IMG/VR virus record: IMGVR_UViG_3300034104_006814 | Coordinates: 7,108-71,107 of that record | DNA: 64,000 bases | Origin: a virus | Reading direction: 5' to 3' (one strand) | Shown here: piece by piece, positions 8,986 to 17,531 of the stretch | Numbering within the stretch: position 1 is the stretch's first letter | Layout: every line of letters starts with the position of its first letter | Notes under the pieces: model-generated | Databases searched by the model: none | Seen by the model: only the letters and a program-made list of their open reading frames with translations | What the model was told of the DNA's origin: nothing | Made by a program: the position numbers and the translations under genes

Positions 8986-11949
8986 TTAATTTACTATATT
9001 TCCATAAGCATCCTTATAAGAAACAAAAATATACTTAGGAGTTCCAATAAGATATCTAACAGTTTTAATTTCGTTTATAAAACCATAATTATTTTTTGCC
9101 GTAATTACTTCTTGAATTGGTATTTGATATTTAAAAACTTCATAAGAAAAAGATCCACCAAGCCATCTTGTTGTTTCAGGAGTTTCAAGAGTGTAAGAAT
9201 TTACATAAGTAAATTGATAAAGTCTAATATCTTGAACAACACTAGAGCTGAATCCATCGTATCTATAAATTTTATTATTAGTTGTTATGAAATGAATTTT
9301 AGGTGCAAAAAAAGCAACTCCTGTATCGGTATTTAATTTTGAATCCTCCGCAAAAAAAGTATATGGACTATCTTTCGTAGTATTTGTATTAATGTAACCC
9401 GCAGATAGTAAAAAAGTATATAAATTACTTGGCAATTCAGCCGTCCTTGCCGTATACGTATAACTAGTACCAGTTAAATACTCTCGAGTATTATAATATA
9501 AGATATCATCTTGCGCTACTTTGAGAGAACCATAAGTACTTGAGGCAGTTAGATCTTGAATTTTATATATTATATTATAAATGGGATCAACATTTAACGC
9601 TCTTGTTGGAACTGGCGGAGGATTAAATATAGTTGGCGTTATAGTTGGCGTTATAGTTGGCGTTATAGTTGGCGTTATATCTGGAATATTAATAAATACA
9701 ACATCAATTCTTGTTATTTTTGAATTTATTATTTCATATATAAAAAAGTCACCATCAGTACTTAGGATGGCAACTCCATTTGGAAGAAGAGAATTCAATT
9801 CTTTATTAAAATAAACTTCAATTCCTTCGTCAAGCGCTAGATTTTTTATTTCTGAATAAATGCTAATTTCAGGGGCATCAGAAATTCTATCAACTAAATA
9901 ATCTTTTTGTTGACTTTCTAAAAAAGAAATTAAAATATCAAAATAATTAAAAAGATCTGTTGATTTTTTTTCAATAAATCTAAAACCACTCCATTCTTTA
10001 AATTTAGTTTCAAAATATGTTACTTTTATTTCAACGCTTGGATCGTACACTTGATAAGGATTTAAATGAACTGCGCTAGTTACAAAACTGCTTGAAGATT
10101 TATATGAATAAACATATCTTAAATAATTTAAATCTTTTCTTCCAAAATCTAACATTGTATTAGTTCCCTGAACTAAACCAAAAATATCATACCTATATGC
10201 AAAATAACTAGAAGAAGAAAATTCCTTAGATCCATCTGAATCTGTTTCATATCCAGTTTCTACTTTAAAAGAAACAATTGCTGGAATTCTAGTGCCAGCC
10301 GCAATTGTTTGAAATGCATTTTTAAAATCAAAAGGTTGAGGCTCCAAATTATCTCCCAAAGCCCCAAGATTTCCAGCTGTTCCAGGGTTTACGTTTTTTC
10401 TAAAATATGAAGCTGTTTTTAAATAATCTAAGTCACAAAATTTTTCTGTACCTTGCGGCACAAGTTCTGTATTATAAAATTTTGTGGTATTCATTCCCGA
10501 ATTATTATAGGCCAAGTCAACATGAGATGTATCATGCAATTGAGATAAAGCCAGTGTGACATAAACACATTCTGCATTTTGATTTAAAACATAATGCGTG
10601 TAAGGATATGCATCTTGGTCAAGAATATTTTTTGTAGTGTCATCATACTCAGAATAACTCATTGTTATATTGCATATTATATACGGATTATTATTTATAT
10701 CATATTCAACAGGCCAAGATCTAACATATCTTAAATCGGAGCTTCCTTCTTGTTCTAATTGTATATTTGTACATGGAGGCGTAGAAGAGTCTGCTAAAAA
10801 AGATTTTAATCTTCTTATGGAACCATTTTTCTTAAATGGACCCAACAAATCTTTTTGTATTTTGTAGTCAATTTCAACATTTTTAATTGAATCAATTGAC
10901 TCTTGATACTGAGATCCATTTTTAAATTCAACTTGAACCGAGTTAAAGTTATATAAACTTTTTTTATTTTGATTTGCGTAAAAATTGAAATATTTTTTAA
11001 GAACGGCAGAGTCATAAACTGGCAATACAGATCCGTTTATATTTTTTGCAATTGACCATATTTGAAATCTAATAAAATTATTTGAACGAGAAGATCCATT
11101 AATTTTTATAAAATTTCCAATAGAATCAGTTCTAATTAAATTTATTGATCCATAAGTGACAGTAGATTTTGGCATCTCAAAATAAGAATAAAGAGAAAAC
11201 AAATCAGAACAAATTTTGGGATAAAGTTCTTCACTTATGTTATATATATCTAACGATATTGACGAAAGATCCGAAGCGTCTATATTTTTATTTGTTAAAT
11301 AAGTTTCAATATGAGAAGTACAAATTTCAGTTAAAAATAAACCATTTTCACAAGATAATTCTGAACTTAGCCACTCTTGTCTTTTTGAAGGACTTAAAAA
11401 AGTTAAAGATGATTCCAAGGTGCAAGTTTTAATGTAAAATGGATTTGTAGGAACATTAACAGGAGAATTCTGATAAGTAAAATTTCTTCCAATTGAATTT
11501 TTCCAACTTTGTTCTATAATTGAAGAAATATAGTTTGAAAGTAACTCAAAAGAATTATAACTCAAATCTGAAGTTTCTTTAACTGGAGAATTATTAAAAT
11601 AAACACCTTCAAATAAATTATTGCCGTCTACTTTAACTCCATTTTTATTCACAAGGCCATCTATAGGACCATCAGAAAGAAGCTCAATAACTTCAGAATA
11701 TTGATAAGACTCAATTGTTTCTAACCCCCCATTCTGGGGCGGGGTCAAAACATTTGGATATTGGATTACTTTTGGTGGTTGTGGAGGAGGTGGCGGTGAT
11801 GGTTTTTTTCTTTTCCAAAAACCACCTAAAAAAAAGACTGGACCATAAAATTTTAATGCAAAAATATTAAATAAATTTACAAGCGTATTTGTGGACGCAT
11901 CTATTTTAAATACGTTAATTATATCTTGAATTAAATCAATAAGCCACAT
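8986..11949 (-). CDS. tail tip protein J, N-terminal part
   Basis: IELLSDGPIDGL, GVYFNNSPV, YNFNSVQVEFKNGSQYQ motifs of gpJ N-terminus; follows L-K-I. Confidence 0.8.
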   Translation of the reverse strand: MWLIDLIQDIINVFKIDASTNTLVNLFNIFALKFYGPVFFLGGFWKRKKPSPPPPPQPPKVIQYPNVLTPPQNGGLETIESYQYSEVIELLSDGPIDGLVNKNGVKVDGNNLFEGVYFNNSPVKETSDLSYNSFELLSNYISSIIEQSWKNSIGRNFTYQNSPVNVPTNPFYIKTCTLESSLTFLSPSKRQEWLSSELSCENGLFLTEICTSHIETYLTNKNIDASDLSSISLDIYNISEELYPKICSDLFSLYSYFEMPKSTVTYGSINLIRTDSIGNFIKINGSSRSNNFIRFQIWSIAKNINGSVLPVYDSAVLKKYFNFYANQNKKSLYNFNSVQVEFKNGSQYQESIDSIKNVEIDYKIQKDLLGPFKKNGSIRRLKSFLADSSTPPCTNIQLEQEGSSDLRYVRSWPVEYDINNNPYIICNITMSYSEYDDTTKNILDQDAYPYTHYVLNQNAECVYVTLALSQLHDTSHVDLAYNNSGMNTTKFYNTELVPQGTEKFCDLDYLKTASYFRKNVNPGTAGNLGALGDNLEPQPFDFKNAFQTIAAGTRIPAIVSFKVETGYETDSDGSKEFSSSSYFAYRYDIFGLVQGTNTMLDFGRKDLNYLRYVYSYKSSSSFVTSAVHLNPYQVYDPSVEIKVTYFETKFKEWSGFRFIEKKSTDLFNYFDILISFLESQQKDYLVDRISDAPEISIYSEIKNLALDEGIEVYFNKELNSLLPNGVAILSTDGDFFIYEIINSKITRIDVVFINIPDITPTITPTITPTITPTIFNPPPVPTRALNVDPIYNIIYKIQDLTASSTYGSLKVAQDDILYYNTREYLTGTSYTYTARTAELPSNLYTFLLSAGYINTNTTKDSPYTFFAEDSKLNTDTGVAFFAPKIHFITTNNKIYRYDGFSSSVVQDIRLYQFTYVNSYTLETPETTRWLGGSFSYEVFKYQIPIQEVITAKNNYGFINEIKTVRYLIGTPKYIFVSYKDAYGNIVN
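9629..9676. repeat. 12-bp tandem repeat x4 (ATAGTTGGCGTT) encoding ITPT linker
   Basis: Seen directly. Confidence 0.95.
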
Positions 11950-11950
11950 A

Positions 11951-12613
11951 TTATGAAATGAAACCTGTAGATATTCTATTTATAGAATCATTCAATGAAA
12001 ATTCCGAATACAAATTTTTATTTGTTGGGTAAGCTTTAATTGAAGTTTGTATTATTTTGCTTCCAACTCTCATTCTGCCATAGCCTATCGGTACTGGAAC
12101 ATTTTGAGCCGATACATTATCTACATTAGAAAAAGCATAATTTTGAGATTGAGATGCGCTAGACATTGTTTGACCTCCAACAAACTGAGTGTTTGATCTT
12201 TGGGGTTCAGCTTTTGGTTTATTTAAAGCTTGAGATAAAAGACTTAAGCCAGTAGCTAACGCTCCCACCGCCAAAGCAACTCCTAAAGATGCACCACCAG
12301 TAAAAACAGCCAAACCAACCATAAGCCCAGTAAAAAGAGCGCCTAAAAAATCAAATCCTCCACATACGTTGGGCACCAAATCAATTTTTTTAATTTTGCG
12401 CAAACAAAAAAAATTATTTTTGTCATAAATCCACTCATCGTCAATTATTACGGAGTATGTCAATCCGTTTTTTTGCAAATCTTTTAGTTTATTCAAAAAT
12501 CCTCTTTTAATACATTCTATAGCCTTTAATGCAAAAAAAGCATTCTTCGCATTAATTTGAAATTCTTTTCCGAACTCATGCCCTAAAATGCCATGTAACT
12601 TTATTTTTATCAT
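11951..12613 (-). CDS. tail assembly protein I-like
   Basis: IKLHGILG N-terminus, hydrophobic Gly-rich middle, PVPIGYGRMRVGS. Confidence 0.9.
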   Translation of the reverse strand: MIKIKLHGILGHEFGKEFQINAKNAFFALKAIECIKRGFLNKLKDLQKNGLTYSVIIDDEWIYDKNNFFCLRKIKKIDLVPNVCGGFDFLGALFTGLMVGLAVFTGGASLGVALAVGALATGLSLLSQALNKPKAEPQRSNTQFVGGQTMSSASQSQNYAFSNVDNVSAQNVPVPIGYGRMRVGSKIIQTSIKAYPTNKNLYSEFSLNDSINRISTGFIS

Positions 12614-13008
12614 ACTTTTAATTTTATTGGTTCAATAATACTTACATCATAATCTTTAGTTTGAGGTTCAAAAAGACTAAATTTCTCAGTAATCACAGAG
12701 TATATTAAATATGCTTTGCAACAATTTCTCGCATTTAAAATGTCAATTTCCGATGGCTTTTCATTTCCAGAAATGTGAGTATGAAAAATGCAAAAACATT
12801 TATGATTTGTAATGAAATCTAAATAATCTTTTGGAGATATTTTAAAGAAATTATTTTCCGAACTTATGTTTTTCATTGGTTTGTAAAAAAAATAACCATT
12901 CTCAAAAGAAAGCAAGCCACATATTTCCGTTAATAAATTTTTTTCACCTTCTTTTTTTAAAAAACTTAATAAATCATCTGGCAATAAAAATTTATACACC
13001 TCATTCAT
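12610..13008 (-). CDS. tail assembly protein K-like (JAB/MPN domain)
   Basis: EICG...FHTH...PSEID; start moved to ATG 13008. Confidence 0.85.
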   Translation of the reverse strand: MNEVYKFLLPDDLLSFLKKEGEKNLLTEICGLLSFENGYFFYKPMKNISSENNFFKISPKDYLDFITNHKCFCIFHTHISGNEKPSEIDILNARNCCKAYLIYSVITEKFSLFEPQTKDYDVSIIEPIKLKV

Positions 13009-14047
13009 ATTTAAAAATTTCAGTGCCTGGAAACCCACCAAATCTTAATGTATTGTTGGTTACATCAGAGTCATTTAGGTATGTGCGACCATTGTCATCT
13101 CGTGTGAAAGATGACAAAAATCTTTTTTTACAAGCTGAAATTGTTTTTGAGCAACCATCTTTTACCCAATAATCAGGTTTTTCATTTGGCTGTAAAAAAT
13201 AAGAAGATGTGTGGCTTTTTACGCACACAAACCAAGTAAATTCTGGATCTTTTTTTCCATTTAAATCTATGTTTTCAACAGTGATTATATCTCCAACTGC
13301 ATAAGATATATTTTCAGCCCATTTATATGATTCCGCAGCTAACCTATAGCTCGAAGTGATTGTTCCATTTTTTCTTCTATAAGAATTCAATCCAGCTTTA
13401 AAATTATTTACAGTTCCAGAATCGAAAGGTTCATTATTTTCCTTGCATATTAGGTCTCCAGAATAGCCACAACCAAGACCTCTATATTGCCAATAGCAAT
13501 ATCTGCCCATAATACTTCTATTCATTGAATCTAAAGTCTGCAAATCAAACGGAGAAATTAATTCAAATTGAATTGCGTGTTTATTTTCATACATTTTTTG
13601 AGAGATTATGAATGTTTCCAGCGAAACATAAACTCCAGCACTTGTATTTGAAAAAGGATTTATTGAGCCATCAAAATTTTCAGCATCCAAATGTCGAACT
13701 AAAACTTTTCTTCTTGTTATTTTGGAATCTCTTAAATCTGAATAATCTTTTAAAATAGCAGAAAAAATATTTTCAGTATTGATTATTGTTAATTTTGGTC
13801 TCGGTAACTTTCCAGTCATATTTGACTCAAAATCACTTGTATCTACTGCAATTGGATAATATCTATTACCATTCCAAATCACATCACTTAAATTATTTGT
13901 TCCAGGGTGAAACCTAAAAGGATCAGAAGTTGGGCTATAAAACAATTCAAATAATTCAATGACTGCAGTTGGCTCTAAAAAAGTCAATGAATCTCTAACT
14001 CTAATTTTTCTCAAATTTTCTAAATAAATTTTTTCTTGTAATGTCAT
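13001..14047 (-). CDS. minor tail protein L-like
   Basis: IELFEL, LPRPKLTI, CYWQYRGLGCGY, DGCSKTISACKKRF, FGGFPG. Confidence 0.92.
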   Translation of the reverse strand: MTLQEKIYLENLRKIRVRDSLTFLEPTAVIELFELFYSPTSDPFRFHPGTNNLSDVIWNGNRYYPIAVDTSDFESNMTGKLPRPKLTIINTENIFSAILKDYSDLRDSKITRRKVLVRHLDAENFDGSINPFSNTSAGVYVSLETFIISQKMYENKHAIQFELISPFDLQTLDSMNRSIMGRYCYWQYRGLGCGYSGDLICKENNEPFDSGTVNNFKAGLNSYRRKNGTITSSYRLAAESYKWAENISYAVGDIITVENIDLNGKKDPEFTWFVCVKSHTSSYFLQPNEKPDYWVKDGCSKTISACKKRFLSSFTRDDNGRTYLNDSDVTNNTLRFGGFPGTEIFKYE

Positions 14048-14099
14048 ATGTAATAATAAAATATCTTGACTTTCGTTAATAAAGTTTTACACTGTGTAT

Positions 14100-14612
14100 A
14101 TGACATATCGAAATTCATTTGATTTTAATGGACAGAATCAACTGTCTGGAGAAAAAGCTGAAGATTTTTTTGAAAAAATTGCGTTAAAAAAAAATTTAAA
14201 AGTGCAAAAAGCCACTACAAAACAGCAACTCTCTCATGTAGATTTTATTTTAACCAATGCAAAAAATGAAAGTTTTCTTTTCGACGTAAAAGCTAGAAAA
14301 AAAATTTCTAGATCATCTGAAAATTTTTCTGACGATTTAGTTTGGATTGAATTTAAAAATGTGGCTGGAAATCAAGGATGGCTTTATGGAGCTTCTGATT
14401 ACATTGTTTTTGAAAGAGAGCATGATTTCGTTATAGTTCCAAGAAAAAATTTAGTTTCGTTGTGTGACAGATTAGTATCGAATGTTACAGTTGATAAATC
14501 AAAAGATTGTTTATATAAAAAATATTCAAGAAAAGATAGAAAAGACGAATTATCTTTAATTAAAATGGAAGATATTTTAAAAAATATTAAAGTTTCAATC
14601 TGGCAAAAATGA
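14100..14612 (+). CDS. PD-(D/E)XK family nuclease
   Basis: G-x-x-x-E, VDF...DVK, WIEFKN...GWLYG...DYIVFE. Confidence 0.7.
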   Translation: MTYRNSFDFNGQNQLSGEKAEDFFEKIALKKNLKVQKATTKQQLSHVDFILTNAKNESFLFDVKARKKISRSSENFSDDLVWIEFKNVAGNQGWLYGASDYIVFEREHDFVIVPRKNLVSLCDRLVSNVTVDKSKDCLYKKYSRKDRKDELSLIKMEDILKNIKVSIWQK

Positions 14613-14881
14613 TCGCGACAATTAAAATTATAGGAGTCAACAATTATCATAAAGGGCTTATTGATAGAACTTTAAAAAATGTAAAAATTGCAAGAAACGG
14701 TGAAGGTTCAATAGTTTTTATTACTCAAGATAATGTTATTAAAGAATTTTTTCTAGATAAAAATTCCTCAATTCACTTTACGGATCATGGTTTTGTGGTA
14801 GAAGGTTACGGAGTAGTCGGTTACAATGTTGGTAAATTATCTATTTTAATTCAATCTTATGAAACAAATGCTCTCTTATAA
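14609..14881 (+). CDS. hypothetical protein
   Basis: ATGA overlap with upstream gene. Confidence 0.65.
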   Translation: MIATIKIIGVNNYHKGLIDRTLKNVKIARNGEGSIVFITQDNVIKEFFLDKNSSIHFTDHGFVVEGYGVVGYNVGKLSILIQSYETNALL

Positions 14882-15827
14882 AGATGTAATTTTACTACCA
14901 AATTATTCAGAAGTAAAATCTAGAGATGATATTAATACTTCTATTAATTTATTTAATTTTAATTTTAAATCACCAGTAATACCATCAAACATGGCTTGCT
15001 GCATTGATTTTAAATCGGCAGAAATTTTAGGAAAATCAGGATATTTTTACATTCTTCATAGATTCTATGATTATTATACGCAAATAACACCTTGGTTAGC
15101 TACGTCTCAGGGTAAATTTCCTTTAAGCATAAGTATTGGAGTTAAAGCTATTGATTTTAATTTTTTAGAAGATTTGGCTGGATCTTTTTTAAAAGTTGAT
15201 TTTATCACTATTGATGTAGCTCATGGACATCATGTTTTAGTTAAAAATATTTGCAATCATTTTCATTCCATAACTTGGAAAAATGGATGTAAGCCAAAAT
15301 TAATTGTTGGAAATTTTGGTTCATTTGATGGCGTAAAAGACGCAAAAGAATGGGGTGCAGATATGGTAAAAGTAGGACTCTCAATGGGAGCCGCTTGTAC
15401 CACGTATAACTCAACTGGAGTTGGAACACCAATGTATTCAATAGTAAATGAAATTTATAATGATTTATATGAAGACGATATTCCAATTATTGCTGATGGA
15501 CAAATTAGAGAAATTGGAGATGTAGCAAAAGCGCTAAATGCTGGCGCATCATTAGTAATGATAGGAGGCATGTTTGCAGCTTGCGAAGATAGTCCAGCAG
15601 AATTTAATTTTTATAAAACTCATAAATATTTTTATGGCTCCGCTTCCGCAAAAAATAAAGGGTATGATAAATATACTGAAGGAAAAGAGTCTCTGATAGA
15701 ATGCAATAAATTAACAATGCTTAAATTAAATGAAAAAATTGAACAAGGATTAAGGTCAACAATGTCATATGCTGGTGTAGATGATGTATATGGTCTACGC
15801 GAAATGGAGGCCAGACAACGATTATGA
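14859..15827 (+). CDS. guaC: GMP reductase (IMPDH/GMPR family)
   Basis: LSYKDVILLP, TIDVAHGH, VKVGLSMGAACTT, PIIADG, YGSAS; no CBS domains. Confidence 0.8.
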   Translation: MKQMLSYKDVILLPNYSEVKSRDDINTSINLFNFNFKSPVIPSNMACCIDFKSAEILGKSGYFYILHRFYDYYTQITPWLATSQGKFPLSISIGVKAIDFNFLEDLAGSFLKVDFITIDVAHGHHVLVKNICNHFHSITWKNGCKPKLIVGNFGSFDGVKDAKEWGADMVKVGLSMGAACTTYNSTGVGTPMYSIVNEIYNDLYEDDIPIIADGQIREIGDVAKALNAGASLVMIGGMFAACEDSPAEFNFYKTHKYFYGSASAKNKGYDKYTEGKESLIECNKLTMLKLNEKIEQGLRSTMSYAGVDDVYGLREMEARQRL

Positions 15828-16492
15828 CACCAGAAATTAAAAATAAAATTCAAAAAATTGTAAATGTTTTTGAAAGTGGAAGTCCAAACGGTGATTATGG
15901 ATGTATATCACTATATGAAGATGGCCCAAACGGAATTAAACAAATTACATATGGAAAAAGCCAAACAACCGAATGGGGAAATTTATCCCAGCTTATTAAA
16001 CTTTATATTAGCTTTAGTGGCCAATTTGCCAATGAATTTATTAAGTATGTCGATACTATCGGAAGGACTTCTCTTGTTAATGATAAAAATTTTATTTCAC
16101 TACTAAAACAAGCCTCAAAAGATCCAATTATGAAAGAGTCGCAAGATTCTTTTTTTGACACTCATTATTGGGAACCAGCTAAAAAATGGTTTGATAAAAA
16201 TAATTTTAAATTAAATCTAAGCATGTTAGTAATTTATGATTCTTTTATTCACTCTGGTTCTATTTTAAAATTTTTAAGAAATAGATTTCCAGAAACAACT
16301 CCAGTAAATGGAGGCGATGAAAAAGCTTGGATTGAAAAATATTGCCATGTAAGATTAAATTGGTTAAATAATCATTCAAATCCAATTTTAAGAAAAACAA
16401 ATTATAGAGTTATAGATTTTATTGCAGCTATGGAAAAAAATAATTGGGATTTAGGAAAAGAATTTTCAGCAAATGGGACAAAAATTCCTTGA
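15824..16492 (+). CDS. GH46 chitosanase-like protein, probable endolysin
   Basis: IVNVFESG...YEDG...ITYGKSQTTE, YWEPA, IYDSFIHSG. Confidence 0.75.
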   Translation: MTPEIKNKIQKIVNVFESGSPNGDYGCISLYEDGPNGIKQITYGKSQTTEWGNLSQLIKLYISFSGQFANEFIKYVDTIGRTSLVNDKNFISLLKQASKDPIMKESQDSFFDTHYWEPAKKWFDKNNFKLNLSMLVIYDSFIHSGSILKFLRNRFPETTPVNGGDEKAWIEKYCHVRLNWLNNHSNPILRKTNYRVIDFIAAMEKNNWDLGKEFSANGTKIP

Positions 16493-16528
16493 CTTTGACT
16501 AAATATTAGTTATTATCCATACAACACT

Positions 16529-16798
16529 ATGCAAAACTCAGAAATTCCTACAATCTCTCAAGCAATTCAAAATGCAAATTCAGCCCAAGTGGATTGCCTT
16601 TGGGCAATCTTAAAGTATAAAGAAATTGGCATTTTGAGGAAAGTTAAATGCATGTCTGAATTACTAAGGTTTGACCTTGATAAGGCTTGCAGTGAACTTC
16701 CTGTAAATGAAAATGGTTTTATTGTAGATTACAAGAGCCGCCATTTAATTCACGATATCCTTTTGGAAAAGTCTCGAAATGTCTCAACAAGAGCTTAA
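16529..16798 (+). CDS. hypothetical protein
   Basis: ORF behind TTGACT..TATTAT promoter. Confidence 0.7.
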   Translation: MQNSEIPTISQAIQNANSAQVDCLWAILKYKEIGILRKVKCMSELLRFDLDKACSELPVNENGFIVDYKSRHLIHDILLEKSRNVSTRA

Positions 16799-17021
16799 TT
16801 TTAAAGATTTAATTACTTCTACCATTCAGAGCGAAGTAACAGCATACGAAATTGTTGATGGCAACAATGACTATGTTACATCCTATAGTGCTCTCTTAAA
16901 AAAGAATACTAATGGAAGATTGGATGGTTTGAAGCTCGCTAAAGATGCCGTTAAATACAAACAAGATTATAAAATCTTAGAAGTGTACGAAAACGGTTAC
17001 AGAAAATTATTAGAAATTTAA
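16779..17021 (+). CDS. hypothetical protein
   Basis: 80-aa ORF in operon. Confidence 0.65.
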   Translation: MSQQELNFKDLITSTIQSEVTAYEIVDGNNDYVTSYSALLKKNTNGRLDGLKLAKDAVKYKQDYKILEVYENGYRKLLEI

Positions 17022-17022
17022 T

Positions 17023-17098
17023 CGCGGGATAGCCAAGTGGGAAGGCGGTAGTCTCATAAGCTACCTATTCGAGAGTTCGATTCTCTCTCCCGCAACCA
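17023..17098 (+). tRNA. tRNA-Met(CAU), initiator-like acceptor stem
   Basis: Cloverleaf, anticodon loop CTCATAA, C1:A72 mismatch, encoded CCA. Confidence 0.9.
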
Positions 17099-17100
17099 CT

Positions 17101-17419
17101 TTTCTCAGTAACCACGAACCCAATGGTATATAGGTCTTGTTGTAATTGGAATGTAGCAACATAGAAATCCTGCTGAGAAGCGACACATGCCATTCTGTGA
17201 ATGCGGAGTGCTTGGTTCGGGTTTACTCGAACGCTGAGTTGTGTGACTAATCGGAGAGACGATTTATATAATCCCCCAATTGGGGTGCGACACCTGCTAG
17301 TGGCTCCATGCCGCTAGGCTTGATTTGGCGAAAGCTAGTTGAGTTAGTGGTGTGACAGATCGGAGAGACGAGTATCGAGGTGACACCTACCAAAGTGGTG
17401 TGACACTGGGAGAGACTAG
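17101..17419 (+). ncRNA. candidate structured RNA with three repeated units
   Basis: Three GACAC...GTGTGAC-hairpin(GAGAGA loop) units between two tRNAs; no ORF. Confidence 0.6.
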
Positions 17420-17426
17420 AAATTTT

Positions 17427-17508
17427 GGGCAGTTCGCATAGCGGCTATTGCAGGAGACTGTAAATTTCCCGACTTCGGTCATCGGTGGTTCGAGTCCACC
17501 ACTGCCCA
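17427..17508 (+). tRNA. tRNA-Tyr(GUA)
   Basis: Anticodon loop CTGTAAA, long variable arm, GGTTCGAGTCC; CCA not encoded. Confidence 0.92.
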
Positions 17509-17531
17509 CTTTTTAAGTGTAAAATATTCTT

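Noticed and set aside
6880-10100. Intein or intron explaining the split J gene
   Set aside because: No intein terminal motifs, homing endonuclease or group I/II structure recognised; the insert is ordinary-looking AT-rich coding sequence.
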